From positions 64,001 through 128,000 of the forward strand of contig CAVYRJ010000004.1 in the NCBI GenBank assembly GCA_963770935.1: a stretch of 64,000 bases of DNA, in the 5' to 3' direction. Shown in pieces: positions 58,702-64,000 of the stretch. This DNA is from Candidatus Bathyarchaeota archaeon (GTDB lineage Archaea; Thermoproteota; Bathyarchaeia; Bathyarchaeales; Bathycorpusculaceae). The first letter of the stretch is position 1, and every line of letters begins with the position of its first letter. Under the pieces are notes generated by a model. That model searched no databases. It was not told the origin of the DNA and saw only the letters and a list, made by a program, of their open reading frames with translations. Both the position numbers and the translations under genes were made by a program.

Positions 58702-59580
58702 CTATTCCCCCTTTTCCCCGAATATTCCGTTGGGTCGAATTATGAGCACAACTATGAGTAAGGCAAAGGCAACAGCGCTTCCCCAGGTGCCACCCAAAAA
58801 CAGCGTCGCCATTTGTTCTGTTATGCCGTATAGTAATCCGCCGATGATGGCGCCCTTTATGCTTCCTAGGCCGCCCATTATTATGATGGCGAAAGCTATG
58901 ATTGTAGGCAAAGCTCCAACCTGATAATCGAAGGGATAAATTATGCCGTACAATCCTCCTGCGACCGCTGCCAAGGCTGCTCCGATGGCGAAGGTGATCA
59001 TGTAGACTTTTTGGACGTTTATGCCCATCAGCATGGCTGTTGTGTTTCTTTGGCTGGTTGCTCGCATTGCTAAGCCGATTTTCGTTTTCCATAGAAGCAG
59101 ACCAAAAATTACCAGTGCAGCAACAACAACGAAGACGGCAATGACGCGGTCATACGTTATAGATAAGCCTGGCAAGCCAACACTCATGCCGTAGAAGGGG
59201 CTCACCACCTGCTTTGAGTTGGCTCCCCAAATTAACATTGCAACGTTTTCAAAAATGTAGATCAAACCTAAGCTAACGAAAATTTCGTTAAGTTTGTCTG
59301 TGCCCAGAACCTTGCGGAATGTGAACCTTTCAACCACAACACCTAATAGGGCAACAACAAACATTGAAACAAGGATGGCAATGTATGCGTTTAATCCTAA
59401 TGAAACAGATATAGTCCAGGTTAAGAAAGCACTTATCATGAGCAGTTGACCGTGGGCAAAATTGACGAGTTTCATGACGCCGAAGATTATGTTTAATCCT
59501 GTTGCCAAAAGGATGTATACGCAGCCTATGGCGACACCCCAAACTAACGTTAAGATGATTGTTGGTGCCGTTATGTCCAT
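58702..59580 (-). CDS. livH: Branched-chain amino acid-type ABC permease (LivH-like)
   Basis: GLNIIFGVMKLVNFAHG, TKIGLAMRATSQ, GGLGSIKGAIIGG, IRPNGIFG. Confidence 0.92.
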   Translation of the reverse strand: MDITAPTIILTLVWGVAIGCVYILLATGLNIIFGVMKLVNFAHGQLLMISAFLTWTISVSLGLNAYIAILVSMFVVALLGVVVERFTFRKVLGTDKLNEIFVSLGLIYIFENVAMLIWGANSKQVVSPFYGMSVGLPGLSITYDRVIAVFVVVAALVIFGLLLWKTKIGLAMRATSQRNTTAMLMGINVQKVYMITFAIGAALAAVAGGLYGIIYPFDYQVGALPTIIAFAIIIMGGLGSIKGAIIGGLLYGITEQMATLFLGGTWGSAVAFALLIVVLIIRPNGIFGEKGE

Positions 59581-59685
59581 GGTTTAACATATCCCTTCTT
59601 TGGTTTAGCGATTGAAATAACTTCTCATGTTAACTATTTAAAACATGCGAGAAATAAAAGAAAAGGAAGGTTAGATTGTTTTTGT

Positions 59686-61061
59686 TTACTGTCCAGCTTG
59701 ATATCCTGTTGGCAATACGAAGTTTGCTTGTTTTAGGTTGGTGCTGCCTGGTGGTGACCAAACTATTTGTGATGTTAGATGGATTAGATGATGCATCCCA
59801 TTTCAGTTGCTCAATGAAGGTTACGGGGTCGATTTCATGGTAGTTGACGCCTGTGCTGAACTGTATTTTACCAGTCTTTGTCTGGATAAGCATCTGGTCG
59901 ATATTTGTGTTCTCGATTGCTGTGCGAACTGCTGCTTTGTCAACTGTTCCAGCTCTTTCGATTGCATCTTTAGCGATGTAGAATGCATCGTATGTGTCGG
60001 CACCCATCATTCCCGGCATAACATGTGGATAAGCTTTGTCGAAAGCCTTAGCATAGTTTTCTACAACTGTCGAGTATGAAGGCGTCATGAAGGGGTTGAG
60101 TTTCGACTCAAGAAGTTGTCCGTCACCTACGCTTCCCAGCAGGTCGTAGAAGGCTTCGTCTTGGTTGTTTTCAACTGCAATATAGACAGTCTTTAAGCCA
60201 ACGTCGTCCCATCCTTGTTTTATTATGAGTGGTGTCTTGTCGGGGTTGTCAGCGATGAATACTGCGTCTGGATGTGCTGCGGCGACTGCTGTTAAGTCAG
60301 TTTGGTAGTTTGTGGTTGCAGGGTCATAAGCTCTGTCTGCAACGATGCTGATTGGAAGGCTTTCGTTCTGTATCCAGAATTTAGTTGCCTGTGCAACTCC
60401 TGTTCCGAAAGCGTCGTTTCGGTAGAGTAGTGCAAGACTGAAGTTTCGGTCTGCGGCAACCATGGGTTTCATTTCGCTTGCAAAGAAGTCAACGACTGTT
60501 TTGCTGTAGTGATATGTTGTTGTGCAGTAGTGGAAGATGTAGCTCATGCCTTCTGCGTCAGCGATGCTGTTTGGTCCGTTTGGTCCAAAGCCGCCGTAGT
60601 TGCCTTGTGGTCCTCTTCTTGTTACAAGTTGGTTTGAGGCTCCGGCGATGATGTATGGCACTCTGTTTTCGATTGCTACGATTTCGTTTGCAAGTGTGCC
60701 TGCACTGCCGTATCCGCCGATCAACATGTCGACGTTGTCTGTTTCTACTGCTCGGGTAACTGGAGTTACTGCGTTTGCTGGGGCATCATTGTTTGTGTCA
60801 GCGATGACAATGGTAAGGTTTACTTTGGTGTTCCAACTTGAAACGTAGACGCCGCCTGCATCGTTGATTTCTTGGACGGCTAGTCGAGCGGCACGTTCCA
60901 TGTCTTGTCCAATTGGCGACCCTGATATCGGTGCGACTAATCCTATCTTTATGTCTCTTGCGTCAGGTGATGCTGTTTGGGGTTAATTGCGTGGCTATAG
61001 CTGCTACTGCTGCAACAGCAATTATTACAACGACTAAAATAGCTAGTATTTTCTTTTGCAT
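59686..61061 (-). CDS. ABC substrate-binding protein (LivK/LivJ-like) with N-terminal anchor; indels near 60980 and 59780
   Basis: MQKKILAILVVVIIAVAAV leader joins DIKIGLVAPISG...ARLAVQEINDAGG, GGYGS, YDAFYI. The corrected C-terminus QIVWSPPG...LPTGYQAGQ* ends at 59686. Confidence 0.85.
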
Positions 61062-61114
61062 TTTACTTTCCTCTTGTTTTTTCTTTGCTATATCACAAGG
61101 ATTCGTTAATAAAA

Positions 61115-61703
61115 TTAACTCTTTAACACGGTTTCTCTGCCTAACTGGAAAGCTTTCAGATTCAAATTGATGTATTTTTCTTTAAGCCTTCCCGCTATAG
61201 CGTGCTCAAAAGACTCTACTTTAACGGGAATCTCTGGAAGCGCCGATAATGCCCCCAGAAGAATCGTGTTAACAACCAGCATGTTGCCTAATTTCTCAGC
61301 GATGCCAACGCCGTCAACTTCATGAACCGATGCTTTAGCCCTTAGCATAAGCCATCAACTCTTCAATCTTTTTGGGCTTCGCGCCTGTAACCATGCAGTT
61401 TGGCGGAATGTACTTCATGTTCACGATTACAGTACCGTTTTTCTTTAGCATTGGCAAGGCTCGGGCGGTTTCCAAAATCTCAAAACCCACGATGGCGTCG
61501 GCTTTTCCTGTTTCAATGAGCGGCGACTCAACTTTGCTGCCAATCCTCGTGTATGCAACTATGGAGCCTCCACGTTGAGCCATCCCGTGAATCTCAGCTT
61601 TCGCCACATCAAACCCATCCAGCATTGCGGCTTCACAGTAAATGTCGCTTAAAACTACCACTCCTTGACCTCCAACACCGCTGAATACTATGTCGAGATT
61701 CAT
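61115..61703 (-). CDS. iorB: Indolepyruvate:ferredoxin oxidoreductase beta subunit; +1 indel near 61345
   Basis: IVFSGVGGQG, AEIHGMAQRGGSIV, SPLIETGKAD, then NTILLGAL...NLKAFQLG. AGGAGG lies upstream of the ATG. Confidence 0.9.
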
Positions 61704-63894
61704 CTTTTCTTTCCTCCTTATGGCTTCAAAGGGGCATACAGCTTCGCATACCCCGCACCCATAACAGAGTGTTGCGTCTATTTCGGCATGTTCACTTTTT
61801 AGGCTGATGGCTGGGCAACCGAAGGCTTTTACGCAGACTCCGCAGGCGTTGCATTCTTCTTTGACTTCTCGAGGCTTGCCGCGTTCAATTAGAAGAGGAC
61901 ATGGTCGCTGGGAAATGATTACGGAAGGACCCTGATATTCTAATGTCTCTCTTACGGCGGCGGTTGCGGCTTTGATATCGAAGGGGTCGATGACTTCGAT
62001 TTTTTCTATGCCGACTCCTTTTGCGATATCTTTGATTCTTATGACTTTTGCGTCGGTGCCCATGGCGGTTTTTCCTGAGCCTGGAGTGGGTTGGTGCCCC
62101 GTCATTGCAACAACGCTGTTATCCATGATGATTACGCACACGTTAGCTTTGTTGTATACAATGTTTAGCAGCCCCGGCATGCCTGCATGGAAAAAAGTTG
62201 AATCGCCGATGACCGCAAATACTTTTTCTTTAACTCCAGCATGAATCATTCCTGCAGCTTGAGAAATTCCCGCCGCCCATGCAAAGGCAAGATTGAACGG
62301 CGCTAACAGGCGGCAAAACTCCCAGTGTATAGCACCCGATGTCGCCTGTGACGATTTTGTCATTGGATCTGCCAGTCAAAGTCAAAGCGCTTTCAGGGCA
62401 TGCTGGGATACATTTTGGGTTGCCACCACAGGTGTCGCAGATTATTGCTTTGTGGCTGGTTGGATGAAGCGTTATGGCGCCGTATTTGCAGGCTTCGATG
62501 CACCAGTCGCAGCCTTTGCATTTTGATTCATCGATGACTATTGCTCCAGTTTCCTTGGTTTGAGTAATGGCGTTTTCAGGGCAGGCGTGGATGCAGGGCG
62601 CGTCAATGCAGCCTTTGCAGGTTACCGCTGTGTTTAGGATTTGTCCAATTCTTACTGAGCGAATCCGTGATTTGAGAGGATTGAAGACTTTTTCTTTCTC
62701 AAAAGAGCAAGCGTACTCGCAAATGTCACAGCCCACACATTTTTCGTTGTCGCATTCAACATGCTGGTTGGTCATGTTTAGGGCATAGTAGAATGCTCGG
62801 TGGGGGCATCCAGGGCAGAGGGCTGGTGGTCGAGGAGGCAAATCTATGGACTCTTGCCTTTCAGCTTTAGATGTTAATCCCAAATTGGCAAAGGCTTGTC
62901 GAACGTTGTCGGGCGTGAATTCGCCGATTTCTTCTAAACCCAACTGGCTTTTACCCAAAACCTCAAGGTTTAGCCGCTGAAGGTTTTCTTCGATGTAAGG
63001 TCTTAATTCCTCGATAACTATGAGCTTCTTAACCTTGGATGCGAATGCCTTTACAATTTCCACTGGAAAAGGATGAACAAAACCCAACTTTAGCCACGAA
63101 AACTTGTTCGTATCCAAAACTGATCGAGCGTAGTAGTAGCCAACTCCGCTTCCCACAATGCCGATTTCGCTTCCATTATCCTCAGCCACATTAAACTTTG
63201 AATCGTTAGCAAGCCGTTTTGCTTCCGCCAACCTGCCCTCCAGAACACGGTGCTGCCTAATAGCATTGGATGGAACCATCACCCATTTTGAGCTGTCTTT
63301 ATCGAATTCGGCTTTCCGCTTAATTTTCTGAAAATTGCCAAGTTTTACTCTGGCTTTTCCATGCGCAACTCTTGTGGTTAGACGCACAATGACGGGCAGA
63401 TGGAGTTTTTCGCTGATTTCAAAAGCTTCTTTTGCCATGTCGTGGGCTTCTTGTGGGCTGCCTGCATCCAGCAACGGCAGTTTTGAGTGGACTGCAAAGA
63501 AGCGGGTGTCTTGTTCGTTTTGGCTGCTATGCAATGCGGGGTCGTCACAGACCGCTATTACCATGCCGCCTTCAACGCCAGTGTAAGCCAAGGTCATAGC
63601 TGCGTCTGCGGCAACGTTCAAGCCAACATGCTTCATAGAAACAATCGAGCGTACCCCAGCCATAGAAGCGCCAGAAGCAACTTCGGTAGCTACAATCTCG
63701 TTTATGCTCCACTCTGCGTAGATGCCGAATTCTTTAGAGACTTCAGCTATAGTTTCCAAGATTTCAGTGGCAGGTGTCCCGGGATATGAAGCGGCAACTC
63801 TTACGGTGGCTTCCACTGCCCCGCGTGCAACTGCCTCATCACCGTTAAGCAAGGCAAAGGTGCCCGGCTTATCTGCTGCAATCTTGGAAGTCAT
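61700..63894 (-). CDS. iorA: Indolepyruvate:ferredoxin oxidoreductase alpha subunit with an inserted four-cluster ferredoxin domain; +1 indel near 62270
   Basis: GDEAVARGA, YPGTPATE, SMKHVGLNVAAD, SSQNEQD, PPALCPGCPHR, GDIGCYTLG, TPP motif IGDSTFFHAG...DN, AMTGHQ, C-terminal 2x[4Fe-4S]. Confidence 0.9.
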
Positions 63895-63905
63895 AAATTT
63901 GTCCT

Positions 63906-64000
63906 TTACATTTTGCCCTTACGCAAATCCAACACTCTTTTTGCTTTGCCCTCTGTTCTTGGGAGTTCGCCTGGCTTTACAATTTCCACGTCAGCTGATA
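63906..64000 (-). CDS. paaK: Phenylacetate-CoA ligase, C-terminal 30 aa only (gene runs off window)
   Basis: Hand translation SADVEIVKPGELPRTEGKAKRVLDLRKGKM* matches the PaaK tail. Directly upstream of iorA. Confidence 0.8.
   Translation of the reverse strand, partial: SADVEIVKPGELPRTEGKAKRVLDLRKGKM

Noticed and set aside
2121-62280. Programmed frameshifting or phase variation of glycan genes
   Set aside because: The breaks are not at long homopolymers or a shared slippery motif, and they hit housekeeping genes (rpl31e, iorA/B) equally.
61335-62363. Apparent IorA-IorB fusion (…CPFEAIRRKEKMNLDIVFSG… in one frame)
   Set aside because: An AGGAGG site precedes the iorB ATG, which sits in an ATGA overlap. 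Removing one A from the preceding run ends iorA at that TGA, consistent with the window-wide +1 errors.
296-63789. Numerous antisense and alternate-frame ORFs in the track (e.g. 296-874, 7213-7599, 22930-23310, 57660-57962)
   Set aside because: They are shadows of well-supported genes on the other strand or frame.
1-64000. CRISPR array, rRNA, IS element
   Set aside because: No regularly spaced direct repeats, rRNA-like sequence or transposase ORF was detected by eye.

Overview
Archaeal chromosomal window, probably Bathyarchaeia. This is inferred from the archaeal rnp4-yhbY-rps19e-PDCD5-rpl39e-rpl31e-eif6-rpl18a-pfdA-ftsY block, frequent TTG starts and my recollection of lineage-typical hypothetical proteins. 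Positions 1-46.1 kb form a large, mostly AT-rich surface-glycan locus. It contains many GT2/GT4 enzymes, three large GT-C-like membrane proteins, a flippase, rmlA/C/B/D, a complete pseudaminic-acid-type pathway (pseB, C, F, G-H fusion, I) with an amidotransferase and a methylase, and an Acyl_transf_3 O-acyltransferase. It also holds two secreted beta-helix proteins, one resembling a viral tailspike, and a cassette in which a 3-hydroxybutyryl-CoA dehydrogenase sits between a sugar N-acyltransferase and a VioA-like aminotransferase. Positions 46.2-51 kb are translation/SRP housekeeping genes. Positions 51-57 kb are small accessory genes ending in a probable integrase C-terminal relic beside tRNA-Cys(GCA). 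Positions 57.2-64 kb hold a paaK-iorA-iorB-livK/H/M-paaI aryl-acid module whose IorA carries an inserted 16-Cys four-cluster ferredoxin domain. About 15-18 genes or junctions are broken by single-base indels, nearly all +1 and including essential rpl31e, which most likely reflects long-read assembly error. No CRISPR array, rRNA or intact mobile element was seen. All functional calls come from motif recognition, not database searches.
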